Shown here: piece after piece, positions 8,198-18,148 of the stretch
Numbering within the stretch: the stretch's first letter is position 1
Layout: each line of letters opens with the position of its first letter
NCBI GenBank assembly: GCA_041690595.1
Contig: JAWLHB010000009.1
Coordinates: 1-64,000, forward strand
Direction: 5' to 3'
Source of the DNA: Lentisphaeria bacterium
Lineage (GTDB): Bacteria > Verrucomicrobiota > Lentisphaeria > JABSQK01 > JAWLHB01
DNA length: 64,000 nucleotides
The notes under the pieces: model-generated
Databases searched by the model: none
The model's input: only the letters and a program-made list of their open reading frames with translations
What the model was told of the DNA's origin: nothing
Made by a program: the position numbers and the translations under genes

Positions 8198-9865
8198 GTG
8201 AATCAACGAGGTCCTACACTTGGGATCGTAGGAGCGCTGGCGGTGCTTCTGGTGATCCTGGTGGTGAATTGGCAGGTGCTGAATCGCCATCACGAGCGCG
8301 ACGCGATGAACCGGATGATGCAGGCGGATGATGTCCCGCCGTCACTCGCGCTGGTAACCTTTGCGGTGGGTCCGATGCGTGGGCTGATCGCCGATGTGCT
8401 TTGGTGGCGGGCGGTGCAGATGCAGGATCGGGGCAATTTCTTCGAATCGATCCAGTTGGCGGAGTGGATAACGAAGCTGCAGCCGACCTTTGCCACCGTG
8501 TGGGCGTATCACGGCTGGAACATGAGTTCGAACATCGTGAACGAGGTGGAGGATCCGGACGAGCGCTGGAAGTGGGTCCTGCAGGGGATCGAGCTGCTGC
8601 GGGACGAGGGGTTGCGCTACAATCCGGGTAACGAGATCATCCGCCGGGAGTTGGCGGGCATCTTCCGCAACCGCATTGGCCGTTCGCTCGACTCGCACCA
8701 TCAGCACTACAAGCAGCAGTGGGTGCGGCTGGTTATTCCCTTCATTCAGGACGGCAATCGCGCGGAGTTGGAGGGACTGGCGTCGGCAGCGCGTACGCGT
8801 CGCGAGTTGGTGGCTCGACCTGGGGTGAATGATCTGGTAGAGAGCGCGCAGCGCTTCGGGGTGAATCTGCTAACCTTCGAGGGCTACTACCAGCGGGACG
8901 GGTGGACGGACGAGTTGTGGCAGCAGGTATCCTCGGAAGCGGGTGCAGCGGCGATGCGCGAGATCCGCCTGTATCATTCCGTGCAGGGGGTGACGACGAA
9001 GCTCGGGATGGATCCGGAGCGCATGCTGCTGATCGACGAGCATTACGGACCGCTCGACTGGCGGTTGTGGCAGGCACAGACGATTTACTGGGCGGCAGCG
9101 GATGGTCTACCGGGTTACGAAGGGGTGCCGTACGGCAGCGGTGCCATGGAGAACACTTTTATCCAGCAGGCGATGTATTCGAGTTTCCGCGAGGGGCGGC
9201 TCGTCTTCCTGAAAGACGACCAGATGCTGTTGACCAACAATCTGGAGATCATGCCGAAGGTCGATGTGTTCCTCCATGAGGTGGTGCATGGCTACGAAGA
9301 GAAGGGCCTGGAGCCACCGGCTGGGCCCGTGGCGCTCTTCAAGTCCTTCCATGAGACAGCCGCGGTCATCTTCTACAGCTATCAGGAAGAGCACCTGGCG
9401 CACGAGATGTACGAGACGTATGTGGAGGAGTTCATGTCACCCGAAGAGCGTCAGCGGACGACCTTCGAGTCGTTCATCGCAAGCCGGGCGGAGTTGATGC
9501 TGCGGGAGCGGAATCAGGATTCGGCGGGGCTGGTGATCTCGTCGCTCTACCAGGCCTACACCTGGCTGGCGCTGGGGGACGGATGGAAGGCGCAGGCCTT
9601 CGAGCGATTCGCGGAGCTGCTGCATCGCCGCCATCAGCAGCGGTACGAGGAGCAGCCGGAGCAACAGCTGCAACCGCTGGGGGCATATCGCCAGGTGGCG
9701 CTCGACATGGCGCTGGATCCGGAGCGGAGCACGCTGCCGGTCCCCGTGCAGGGGGTCCTGCGCCGCCTGCGGGGCGAGCAGCCCGTGCTTTCGATTCAGA
9801 CGCAAGGAGAACGCCCCGCGTTTGACTGGGCGGAGACAATACACGATCGCAAGCACGATCATTGA
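8198..9865 (+). CDS. Membrane-anchored helical-repeat hypothetical protein (PVC-type, often annotated IRE-like)
   Basis: N-terminal TM helix; GPMRGLIADVLWWRA...WITKLQP...VWAYHGWNMSSNI motif; GGAGG RBS before GTG 8198. Confidence 0.7.
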   Translation: MNQRGPTLGIVGALAVLLVILVVNWQVLNRHHERDAMNRMMQADDVPPSLALVTFAVGPMRGLIADVLWWRAVQMQDRGNFFESIQLAEWITKLQPTFATVWAYHGWNMSSNIVNEVEDPDERWKWVLQGIELLRDEGLRYNPGNEIIRRELAGIFRNRIGRSLDSHHQHYKQQWVRLVIPFIQDGNRAELEGLASAARTRRELVARPGVNDLVESAQRFGVNLLTFEGYYQRDGWTDELWQQVSSEAGAAAMREIRLYHSVQGVTTKLGMDPERMLLIDEHYGPLDWRLWQAQTIYWAAADGLPGYEGVPYGSGAMENTFIQQAMYSSFREGRLVFLKDDQMLLTNNLEIMPKVDVFLHEVVHGYEEKGLEPPAGPVALFKSFHETAAVIFYSYQEEHLAHEMYETYVEEFMSPEERQRTTFESFIASRAELMLRERNQDSAGLVISSLYQAYTWLALGDGWKAQAFERFAELLHRRHQQRYEEQPEQQLQPLGAYRQVALDMALDPERSTLPVPVQGVLRRLRGEQPVLSIQTQGERPAFDWAETIHDRKHDH

Positions 9866-11145
9866 GCGGGCGCGAAGCGGCCGAAGCGATTTCGATGGCG
9901 GTAGCTGCGCGAGCAATCCGGCAGGGCCAATCCGCGCTTGAGCAGGTGCAGGTTGAGGTGGGTGCGGTTGGGCAAGTAGAGGTAGCCATACTCCTCCGCT
10001 CCCTCCGAATTCAAGGCGGGATCCACTTCAATGCTCACGTTCTGCCGGAGCGTCTGCTCGCGAAGGAACTGGACGGCGGCATCGCGCTGGCTGACGATCG
10101 GCACAATACCCGCCAGGCGGATGGTTCGGCCATCATCGAGCAGGACGCGATCCGGCTCGATGACGTCGCGGATACGTAAGGTCTGCTCTCTTGGCTGCTC
10201 CGCGTGATCGATCCGGGAACCATAGCGGCGCACCTTCGGATCCATCGTGCGCTCGACTATGAGCGGGTCGTGGAAGTGATAGGGAAGCGCGGCGCGGCCC
10301 GCTTCGAGGTCGCGGGGCGGTGCCTGCGAAATCTGGACATCGGTGCGCGTTTCGCTGAAAAGGTCATCGTTTTCGAGCCCGAGGCGACGGCGGATGACGG
10401 GCATGTAGTCGGGGTTGATCTCGTAGCCGACGCCGCGACGGCCGAGACGGCGAGCGGCATCGATGGTGGTCCCACTGCCGAGGAAAGGATCGAGCACGGT
10501 TTCGCCGGGGAAGCTGAACATGCGAATGAGGCGATGCGGCAGTTCGATGGGGAAGGCGGCGAGGTGTTCACCCTGCTTCACGCCGGGAAAGCTCCAGTGA
10601 CCGGAGAAATAGTCGTTCCATTCTTCGGTGGTCATGGCCGCAGCGGCTTTGGTTTCCTTGTCGACCTTCGGTTGCGGGCCCTGCTTCTTGAAGATGAGGA
10701 TGAACTCGTAATCGAGCTTGATGATGCCGTTTCGGGGGTGAGGGAAGGAGCCCATGATGCTGGCGCCGCCGCTGGTGTTGCAGGTGGTGACCTTGCGCCA
10801 GATGATGGCCCCCATGTAGTCGAGCCCGAGCGTCTCACAGCAGCGAATGATCTCGGTGCGGATCGGGATCACCTTGTAGCGCCCGTAGTAGGAGGAGCGC
10901 GCGAACTGATCGCCGATGTTGATGCACAGGCGGCAACCGGAGTGGAGGACGCGGGCGCATTCCTGCCAGACGAGGTTCAGGTCGTTGATGTAGGTCTCGT
11001 AACTATCGTGGTAGCCGAGTTGGTCGGAGCTGCCATAGTCCTTGAGCTGCCAGTACGGGGGGGAAGTGACGATCAGGTGAACGGCGTCATCCGCAAGTTC
11101 CGGCATGGCGCGAGCATCGCCAAGATGGATGTGGTGCTGCATCAT
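9859..11145 (-). CDS. Site-specific DNA methyltransferase (N4C/N6A, beta class) fused to a C-terminal thermonuclease (SNase)-like domain
   Basis: VTSPPY precedes DPFLGSGTT; C-terminal VIEPDRVLLDDGRTIRLAGI...YLYLPNRTHLNLHLLKRGLA. Confidence 0.85.
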   Translation of the reverse strand: MMQHHIHLGDARAMPELADDAVHLIVTSPPYWQLKDYGSSDQLGYHDSYETYINDLNLVWQECARVLHSGCRLCINIGDQFARSSYYGRYKVIPIRTEIIRCCETLGLDYMGAIIWRKVTTCNTSGGASIMGSFPHPRNGIIKLDYEFILIFKKQGPQPKVDKETKAAAAMTTEEWNDYFSGHWSFPGVKQGEHLAAFPIELPHRLIRMFSFPGETVLDPFLGSGTTIDAARRLGRRGVGYEINPDYMPVIRRRLGLENDDLFSETRTDVQISQAPPRDLEAGRAALPYHFHDPLIVERTMDPKVRRYGSRIDHAEQPREQTLRIRDVIEPDRVLLDDGRTIRLAGIVPIVSQRDAAVQFLREQTLRQNVSIEVDPALNSEGAEEYGYLYLPNRTHLNLHLLKRGLALPDCSRSYRHRNRFGRFAPAQ

Positions 11146-11288
11146 GGGGCCTTTGTCGTGGTGAAGGGTGATGGGCTCAAACCCTATCACACCCGCGGAA
11201 TGAAACAAGCCCGCATGATACGAGATCATGCGGGCAGTTCATCGCGATGGGGATGCTCTACAAAAGGCCGAAGCTCGCGAAGCTCCGG

Positions 11289-11903
11289 TTACTTCTTCGG
11301 ATGCTTGATCTTCTCGGCAGCCTGGGCGAAGTCGAAGTCGACGGTTTCGCCATTGGGCAGTTTGTACCGGGTCGGATCGTAGGTTGGGTTGGTCTCGTTG
11401 TGGCACCGGTAGCAGGTATTTTCGGCGGTGGGCTTGATCATGCCCAGCTCATAGCCGAGTTCGATGTTGTTGCGGTGCTTGGTCTTGTAGTCATTTCCGG
11501 GGCCGTGACAGGTCTGGCAGCTGATGGCTTCCTTGGCGGTGATCTCTTTGGTCACGGGTTCCTGGGTGAAACCGTAAGAGGTCGCGTGGCACTGCAGACA
11601 AGCGCCGCTGGTCTGAGGATCGTCGATGCCCATTTTGGCGGCAACTTCCTTGGCCTTGGCCGTGCCGAGGGTTTCGAAGGCGCGGGCATGTGGGCCGTCC
11701 TTCATGGCCTCCACCTGGTTGCCGGTGTTGTCCTTACCGTGGCAGAGCTGGCACGTTTTTTCCTTTACCAGCTTGTCGGGGTTCCAAGGGGCGAACTTGG
11801 AGCTATCGACGGGAGCCACTTTGGCGGTCATCGTCCAGAGGACGATCACAGAGGCGATAATGGCAACTTTCCAGATTGGGCGCAATGTCGTCTGTTTCAA
11901 CAT
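11289..11903 (-). CDS. Periplasmic tetraheme cytochrome c (c554-like)
   Basis: Signal/TM segment plus CQLCH, CLQCH, CQTCH, CYRCH. Confidence 0.88.
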   Translation of the reverse strand: MLKQTTLRPIWKVAIIASVIVLWTMTAKVAPVDSSKFAPWNPDKLVKEKTCQLCHGKDNTGNQVEAMKDGPHARAFETLGTAKAKEVAAKMGIDDPQTSGACLQCHATSYGFTQEPVTKEITAKEAISCQTCHGPGNDYKTKHRNNIELGYELGMIKPTAENTCYRCHNETNPTYDPTRYKLPNGETVDFDFAQAAEKIKHPKK

Positions 11904-11968
11904 GTCGGTGTCCTTTGTAATGAGGCGGTTTCAGCCTGCCGGGCAGGCGGGTGGTCTTAACTACAGGT

Positions 11969-13534
11969 TCAGAACGAAGCGCCGCCGCCATCGTGGCAGT
12001 CGGTGCAGAGACTTTCTTTCCACAGCTCCATGATATCTTCGGGGTGAACGAACTCCTGCGGCTCCGTCAGCCTCAACGGTTCATTGCCTCTGCTTTGAGC
12101 CACGATGTCATGGCAGGTTTCGCAACGATGCGAAATTGCCTTTCCTTCGCTGCTCTTCATGTTTCCACCGTGACAACGGAAACAGCCCTTGAAGAAGGTG
12201 TGCCCGATGTTGTCCGGGTGGGTCTTCCAGTCTACCATCATGGTGGGGAAGATATTGTTGTCGAAGAGTTCACCGATGGCGGTGGCCGAGGCGCGGATTG
12301 CCGGCTCGCGTTCGGCAAAGAGATCGGGGTACTCTTCCTTGTAGAAGTCATGGAGGCTCACGGCAATCGCCTCCTTTGCCTCTTCACGATCAGTGTACTT
12401 CTCCTTGAGGACACGCAGTCCTTCCCGCTTGATGAAGGGAAGTGAGCGATCGACCTTGCCCTGCAGCATGGCGCTGTTGAGCAGCCGTTGGGGGGGCTTG
12501 AACTGGTGAACGGAGCGATTGTGGCAGTCGATGCAATCCATCTCGTGTACCTTGTGTGTCGCCACGAGTTCGGCTTCGGTCATACCGATATCTTCCTTGG
12601 TGTAGGTAACCTCGCGTCCGTGCGCATCGACCAGCTTGACCCAGATGATATCCTGTCGTTGGCTATCGGATGCCATGTAGTAGACCTTGCTTGGGCTGGT
12701 GACATGCCAGTGAATGCTCGGTTGCGCGTCTTCGGTACTCAACACATCCAATTCCCCGCCGCCGACATGGACATGCAGGGCAGTCTGCACATGGGTGTTC
12801 TCTTCGTCGGGGAGAAAGTAATCATGCTTCTGTAAGATAGTACCGATAAATTTCTCAGGCCAATGGCACTGTTCGCAGATCTCATGCGCCGGGCGCAGGT
12901 GCTCGAGGGGTGTGGCGATGGGCCGATTGAAATTGCCGGTGGTGATCGCGACAAGCTGGTGCATGCCTCGCAGCTTATCGCGCACGTGGTGGGTGATTCC
13001 GGGGCCGGTGTGGCATTGGGTGCAATCGACGCGAGCGTGAGGCGAATTGGAATGGGCGATGAATTCCGGGTGCATCACCGTGTGGCAGATCTCGCCGCAG
13101 AACTCGCGGCTCTCGGCGAAGAGTACCGTACGATAGCTGCCATACGTCGATGCCACCAGGAAGACGATCAGGATGACGGCATAGAGGGGCAACCAGCGCC
13201 GTTGCTTGCGCGGGTCGAACCAGAGGATGCTCCGTTCGCCGGTCCGCTTCACATGCATGACCTGGATGACGAAGCCCAGCACTCCGATGCCGACGCCAAT
13301 ACCAATCATCGTCGGTACGACGGCGAAGGTGATGATGGAGAGATAGATGTTGCTATCCTCGCTACGGAACTCCACCATCAGCAGAAAGAGCCCGACGGCG
13401 AAACCGCAGAGTGCAATGAGCAGGCCCAGCATGGTGAGCCAGTTCCACCAGTGCCGGTGCCGCGATGGTTCGGGTGCCACGGTTGCTCCGTTCCCCACTT
13501 CCGGATTCTTGTCCCCGTGGTCCGTAACGCTCAT
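11969..13534 (-). CDS. NapC/NirT-like membrane-anchored multiheme cytochrome c (about 7 hemes)
   Basis: Three TM helices; CGEICH (CX3CH), CTQCH, CEQCH, CIDCH, CFRCH, CETCH, CTDCH; GGAGGAG RBS before ATG 13534. Confidence 0.88.
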   Translation of the reverse strand: MSVTDHGDKNPEVGNGATVAPEPSRHRHWWNWLTMLGLLIALCGFAVGLFLLMVEFRSEDSNIYLSIITFAVVPTMIGIGVGIGVLGFVIQVMHVKRTGERSILWFDPRKQRRWLPLYAVILIVFLVASTYGSYRTVLFAESREFCGEICHTVMHPEFIAHSNSPHARVDCTQCHTGPGITHHVRDKLRGMHQLVAITTGNFNRPIATPLEHLRPAHEICEQCHWPEKFIGTILQKHDYFLPDEENTHVQTALHVHVGGGELDVLSTEDAQPSIHWHVTSPSKVYYMASDSQRQDIIWVKLVDAHGREVTYTKEDIGMTEAELVATHKVHEMDCIDCHNRSVHQFKPPQRLLNSAMLQGKVDRSLPFIKREGLRVLKEKYTDREEAKEAIAVSLHDFYKEEYPDLFAEREPAIRASATAIGELFDNNIFPTMMVDWKTHPDNIGHTFFKGCFRCHGGNMKSSEGKAISHRCETCHDIVAQSRGNEPLRLTEPQEFVHPEDIMELWKESLCTDCHDGGGASF

Positions 13535-13627
13535 GAAATCTCTCCTCCGACCTGCTGTACCCGCATCCATTTCAAAATCTGGCTGGCGCTGAAGAAGCGG
13601 CCAAAAACCGTGAGTGGCTTTCATTGT

Positions 13628-13643
13628 AGCAAGGCGTGTGCCA
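13628..13643 (-). promoter_or_regulatory. sigma54 -24/-12 promoter for the cytochrome operon
   Basis: Minus strand TGGCAC-ACGCC-TTGCT is an exact consensus match; an enhancer-binding protein gene is adjacent. Confidence 0.8.
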
Positions 13644-13811
13644 TATCCGAACTTCCTGCTTGCAGCCAGTCGTGGCATTTCTCACAGTCCGTTGACTGAC
13701 GAATTTTGGTTAATAGGTAACGAAGCTCCGCCAATCCATTTGGATAGAGAAGAAGCAGGGGTGGACGCCAGACCGCCGTCGCTTGCGTCGCACGGGGAGC
13801 AGCACCGTCAT

Positions 13812-13827
13812 TGGCATGGCTCCTGCT
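13812..13827 (+). promoter_or_regulatory. Possible sigma54 promoter for the kinase/regulator operon
   Basis: TGGCAT-GGCTC-CTGCT with GG/GC at the correct spacing. Confidence 0.5.
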
Positions 13828-13925
13828 CCTTAGCGCAACTGCACTGGAAGGGAGCTTTCAGCGGTTCTATTCTCCGCCATGCCGGCGGGAGCAGATGACC
13901 AGAGTGCAGGACCAAGGGCGGTGCG

Positions 13926-15419
13926 GTGAACATCATTCAACTAATACGACGAAGTGTGGCGAGCAAATTGATCCTGGCGGTCGTCGCCACCCTGCTCTTC
14001 GTGATCGCTTTCTACACCTATCTGGTGATGGACATGCGCGGCAACTGGCTGCAGGAACGTCTCACGCTTTCGCGATCGCTGGTGCATGCCAGTGTTTTCG
14101 AGTATTTCGTGCACACTCGCGGCACGCATCCGCCCGACCAGAACGAGCGTTTTCTTGCCCAGCTTGCCAAGCAGGCCGGCGCTACCTCCATGCATCTGGC
14201 ATCCCCCGATGCACTCGCGGAGACGCCCGAAGGCAGTGCCGGCGAAGCTCCTGCTCTGGCCGAGATCACCCTTTCCAGCTTCGGGCTTCTTGGCCGCCCC
14301 GCCGCCATCGCTCCCCCGCCCCCCGCGGAAGCGGAGCACTGGCGCGTTCAGGTGCCGCTGCGTGGCGGTCAGTACTGCGCCGATTGCCACGACGTTCCGA
14401 AGGATCGCCTCATGGCCTCCATCATGATCGACTATCCGCAGACCCTGCTGCGGCAGCTCCAGGGGAACGACCGGCTTCGCCTCGTCAAGTACGCGGCCCT
14501 CCTTCTCCTCGCGGTACTCGTGATTCTTATCGCCATCACCTGGCGCGTAGTGCTCGATCCTCTCTACCGGCTCACCCACGCTTTCGCGCGAGTGCAGCAG
14601 GGCGATCAGGATGCTGTCTGCACCATTGAGACCGACGATCAGTTCGGCCAGCTTGCCTCGGGTTTCAATGGCATGCTCACCGACATCCGGGCTCGTCAGC
14701 GCGACATGCGTCATGGCTATGAGAACCAGATTGCCCACGCGGATCGGCTGGCCACGGTGGGGCAGCTCGCCTCGGGCCTGGCGCATGAGATCAAGAACCC
14801 GCTGCACAGCGTTTCCGCGGCTCTCGCGATCCTCTGCAAGCGCATGAACGACCCGACGATGCGCGAAGTGGGCAACGAGATGAATGATCAGATCAAGCGG
14901 GTCACGCGCATCATCAACGACCTTCTTCGCTATGCGCGGCCGACGGAGCCCTGTTGCACGGCGCTGGATCTTGCACCGCTGATCGAAAAGACGCTCTGCC
15001 TACTGCGCCCGCAGGCCGGCAAGCAGGAGGTCAACCTGCAGGCAGTCCTGGATGCGCCCGGGACGCTGGTCTGGGGGGACGGTGAGAAGCTCACGCAGAT
15101 CCTGCTCAATCTTGCCTTGAACGGCATTCAGGCATGCCCATCCGGCGGCAACCTTTGCATCCATCTTCATGCCGAGGGCGACACCTGCATTCTCGATGTT
15201 GAGGATACCGGTCCGGGCATTCCCGCCGAGCTGCGCGAACGGATCTTCCAACCCTTCTTTACCACGAAGCACGACGGCAATGGCCTGGGCCTGGCCATCA
15301 CCCGTACGCTGGTCGAGCAGAATGGCGGCCAGATCGAAGTCTTGAGCCGCCCGGCCGGCGGGGGTACCTGTTTCCGCATCCGCCTTCCCGTTCACCGCCT
15401 TCCAGACACCCCGCATTGA
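13926..15419 (+). CDS. HAMP-HisKA-HATPase sensor histidine kinase with a periplasmic heme-c motif
   Basis: Two TMs; YCADCH between them; LAHEIKNPL H-box; N, G1 (DTGPGIP), F (PFFTTK) and G2 (GNGLGL) boxes. Confidence 0.92.
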   Translation: MNIIQLIRRSVASKLILAVVATLLFVIAFYTYLVMDMRGNWLQERLTLSRSLVHASVFEYFVHTRGTHPPDQNERFLAQLAKQAGATSMHLASPDALAETPEGSAGEAPALAEITLSSFGLLGRPAAIAPPPPAEAEHWRVQVPLRGGQYCADCHDVPKDRLMASIMIDYPQTLLRQLQGNDRLRLVKYAALLLLAVLVILIAITWRVVLDPLYRLTHAFARVQQGDQDAVCTIETDDQFGQLASGFNGMLTDIRARQRDMRHGYENQIAHADRLATVGQLASGLAHEIKNPLHSVSAALAILCKRMNDPTMREVGNEMNDQIKRVTRIINDLLRYARPTEPCCTALDLAPLIEKTLCLLRPQAGKQEVNLQAVLDAPGTLVWGDGEKLTQILLNLALNGIQACPSGGNLCIHLHAEGDTCILDVEDTGPGIPAELRERIFQPFFTTKHDGNGLGLAITRTLVEQNGGQIEVLSRPAGGGTCFRIRLPVHRLPDTPH

Positions 15420-15427
15420 GAGAAGCC

Positions 15428-16816
15428 ATGCATCAGTCTCCCCGCATCCTCGTGGTCGACGACGAGAAACTGACCCGCTGGGCCGTCATGGAGGAGCTGC
15501 GTGGCTCCGGTTACACCGAGATTCAGGAGGCGCCCAGCGCCGAATCCATGCTCGAGGCGCTTGCCAGCCAGAGCTTCGACCTCGTCCTTCTGGACATCGG
15601 CCTCCCCGGCATCTCCGGCGTCGACGGTCTGGTAGAGATGCGCCGCCGCAACCACGATGTCAATGTCGTCATGGTGACGGCCAACGACGATCCCGACGAT
15701 ATTCTGAAGTGTCTGCGCCATGGCGCCGTCGACTACCTCTGCAAGCCTTTCGACATTGCCGCGGTCTCCCAGTTGATCGAGCGCCACTGCGGGGGCTCGC
15801 AGCCGGCCGAACCACCTCCGGATGACGATGACCCTCTCGGTGCCTTCGTCGGCCAGTCGGAACCGATCCGGCTGTTGCGTCAGCAGGTTCGCAAGATAGC
15901 CGCGAGTGCGGCGCAGACCATCCTGATTCAGGGGGCCAGCGGCAGCGGCAAGAGCATTCTGGCACGTACGATTCATGCGCGGGGCCGCCGGGCCAAGCGC
16001 CCCTTCCTCGAAATCAACTGTGCCGCCCTGCCCGCGGCGCTTTTGGAAAGTGAGCTTTTCGGACACGAGAAGGGAGCTTTTACCGACGCGAAGGCGGCCA
16101 AGCAGGGGCTCTTCGAGCTGGCCAACGGCGGCGTCCTTCTTCTGGATGAGATCGGGGACATGGAAGCGCCGCTGCAGGCGAAGCTGCTCTCGGCGATCGA
16201 GGAGCGGCGCTTCAAGCGGGTGGGAGGGGTCACGGACATCGCCGTCGACGTCTGCCTCATCGCGACCACCAACGTGGATCTTGCGAGCGCCGTCGAAGAG
16301 GGGCGCTTCCGGCTGGATCTGTACTACCGGCTGAACATCGTGCCGCTGCATGTTCCCCCTCTGCGCGAGCACAGCTCCGACATTCCGCTCCTGGTGACCC
16401 ACCTGATCGAGCGGCTCAATAGCGACCTCGGCACGGAGATGCACGACATCAGCAAGGGGGCGCTGAGCCTCCTGCAGCGTTACGACTGGCCCGGCAACGT
16501 GCGGGAGCTCCGCAATGTCCTCGAACAGATCATGGTGCTGAACAGCGGCCCCCGCCTTATGGTGGACCATCTGCCCGCCGATCTGGTAAAATCGGTCATG
16601 GGGGCGAATGCACCCGTGATTCCCGTTCAATCATCGCCGCGAAGCCCCGTCACGGAGCTTCTCGAACAAGGTCTCAGCCTCGACGAAGTGGAGCAGGAGC
16701 TTATTCGGCAGGCGCTTGCCCAGAATGACGGCAATCTCAGCCAGGCGGGGCAGAAGCTCGGCCTTCACCGGGATACCCTTCGCTACCGCGCCCGCAAGTA
16801 CGGCCTCATCGATTGA
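15428..16816 (+). CDS. NtrC-family sigma54-dependent response regulator
   Basis: REC domain (ILVVDDE, LLDIGLP), GASGSGKS, ESELFGHEKGAFTDA, WPGNVRELRN, Fis-type HTH. Confidence 0.95.
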   Translation: MHQSPRILVVDDEKLTRWAVMEELRGSGYTEIQEAPSAESMLEALASQSFDLVLLDIGLPGISGVDGLVEMRRRNHDVNVVMVTANDDPDDILKCLRHGAVDYLCKPFDIAAVSQLIERHCGGSQPAEPPPDDDDPLGAFVGQSEPIRLLRQQVRKIAASAAQTILIQGASGSGKSILARTIHARGRRAKRPFLEINCAALPAALLESELFGHEKGAFTDAKAAKQGLFELANGGVLLLDEIGDMEAPLQAKLLSAIEERRFKRVGGVTDIAVDVCLIATTNVDLASAVEEGRFRLDLYYRLNIVPLHVPPLREHSSDIPLLVTHLIERLNSDLGTEMHDISKGALSLLQRYDWPGNVRELRNVLEQIMVLNSGPRLMVDHLPADLVKSVMGANAPVIPVQSSPRSPVTELLEQGLSLDEVEQELIRQALAQNDGNLSQAGQKLGLHRDTLRYRARKYGLID

Positions 16817-18148
16817 CTATTCCGTGGCGCGGGTGCCGTGTCGGGTGGTGAGGGTGTAGGAGAAGCGGCTCGTGGTGCGTGGTGAAAGATCGAGGGTGTG
16901 GCGGAAGGTGTCCATGTCGACCTTGCTATAGTCGCCGAACTCTCCCTGATGGGTAACCTCCCAAACGGTGCTTTCGGTGACATTACGGGTGAACTCCAGG
17001 CGAATGGGAAGGGGGCGAGTGTTCTTGATTTCGACCTCGACGGTACGGATTTCATCCCAACCGACGATGTTCTCCTGCTGGTTGAAGCGATAGTTGACGG
17101 TGCGATACTCCATGAGGGTTGGCTCGACGAGAATCGTGTCAACGGGGCCGAGATTGAGTTCGACTTCTTCGTCGACGGGGATGTACTGGAAGGAGGAGCG
17201 ACCTTCGTAGGAGAGGTGAGCGTCCTTGCCGGTGTCGCGGTAGACCATGAGGGCGCCGCCGGGGATGGGCGTCTCGCCCAGGTGGTGATCGCGGTCGTTG
17301 AGGAAACTGAGGAAGCGAACGGGGCGGCTTCCCCACCGCTCCGCTTCGAACTTGTAGAGGTTGACGACGGGAATGGCGTCGGCTTCGAAGCTGGGAAGGC
17401 GTTTGGACCAGCCGTCGGGGATGGTCTCGGTGCCTTCGATGGTATAGAGGAAGTATTCGCTGAGCCCCTCCTTGACGATCTTCTTCTCTTCCATGTTCAT
17501 CACTACGGGGGCGGGCGCCGCCGCGTCGTAGAAACCGGCCATGACCTTTGGCTTAGCGGACGGCCTCGGCGCCTGTGGAGGAGGGGGCACGGGACTGCCG
17601 TACGGGGGATATCGGCGGGCCAGGTTGGCGATCTGGTCGAGCAGATGAACCTTGCCGACAATGAGACGCGTCTGGGCGTTGGCGTACTCCTCGCCGCTGG
17701 CGTTGGTGACGACGACGTAGCCCCGCAGGTGCATGGTCGACTCGTCGGGAGTCAGGGTACCCATGTAGAAGGCGCGCCAGGAGATGCCGCTGGTGAAGCA
17801 GGTGATCTCCATGGGGACGCCGCCGGCATGGCGACTGTCAATGCTCCAGATGCCCAGATCCCGTAAGCGGGGAGGAAAGACGAGGGCGTGAACATCAATC
17901 CGGTCGGCATGATCGAGGGGAAGCATGCTGAGACTGGTGGGGTCGATGAGGGTGTTGGCCCAGGAGAACTGGAGGCGGTTGAGCCCCTCCCGCAGGGTCA
18001 GCATCCGGCGTTCGCGGACGAGAGTGAGGTCGGCGGAGTTGTAGATGGTGAGCTGCACGGAGTCGCGCTCGGGCAGGGTCACGAGATCGATGCCGGCCTG
18101 GGCGGTCGTGGCCAGGGCGAGCAGGATGAGGAAGAGGGGCCGTTTCAT
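16817..18148 (-). CDS. Secreted DUF4139-like protein (paralogue 4)
   Basis: Signal peptide (..ATTAQA); QLTIYNSADLTLVRE, FSWANTLIDPTS, KEGLSEYFLYTIEG. Confidence 0.8.
   Translation of the reverse strand: MKRPLFLILLALATTAQAGIDLVTLPERDSVQLTIYNSADLTLVRERRMLTLREGLNRLQFSWANTLIDPTSLSMLPLDHADRIDVHALVFPPRLRDLGIWSIDSRHAGGVPMEITCFTSGISWRAFYMGTLTPDESTMHLRGYVVVTNASGEEYANAQTRLIVGKVHLLDQIANLARRYPPYGSPVPPPPQAPRPSAKPKVMAGFYDAAAPAPVVMNMEEKKIVKEGLSEYFLYTIEGTETIPDGWSKRLPSFEADAIPVVNLYKFEAERWGSRPVRFLSFLNDRDHHLGETPIPGGALMVYRDTGKDAHLSYEGRSSFQYIPVDEEVELNLGPVDTILVEPTLMEYRTVNYRFNQQENIVGWDEIRTVEVEIKNTRPLPIRLEFTRNVTESTVWEVTHQGEFGDYSKVDMDTFRHTLDLSPRTTSRFSYTLTTRHGTRATE

Noticed and set aside
10204..11382. 392-aa + strand ORF, and similar long antisense ORFs (e.g. 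16898-17866, 22924-24660, 38246-40759, 43153-45015, 61183-62679)
   Set aside because: Shadow frames opposite well-supported genes in GC-rich DNA, with no recognisable motifs.
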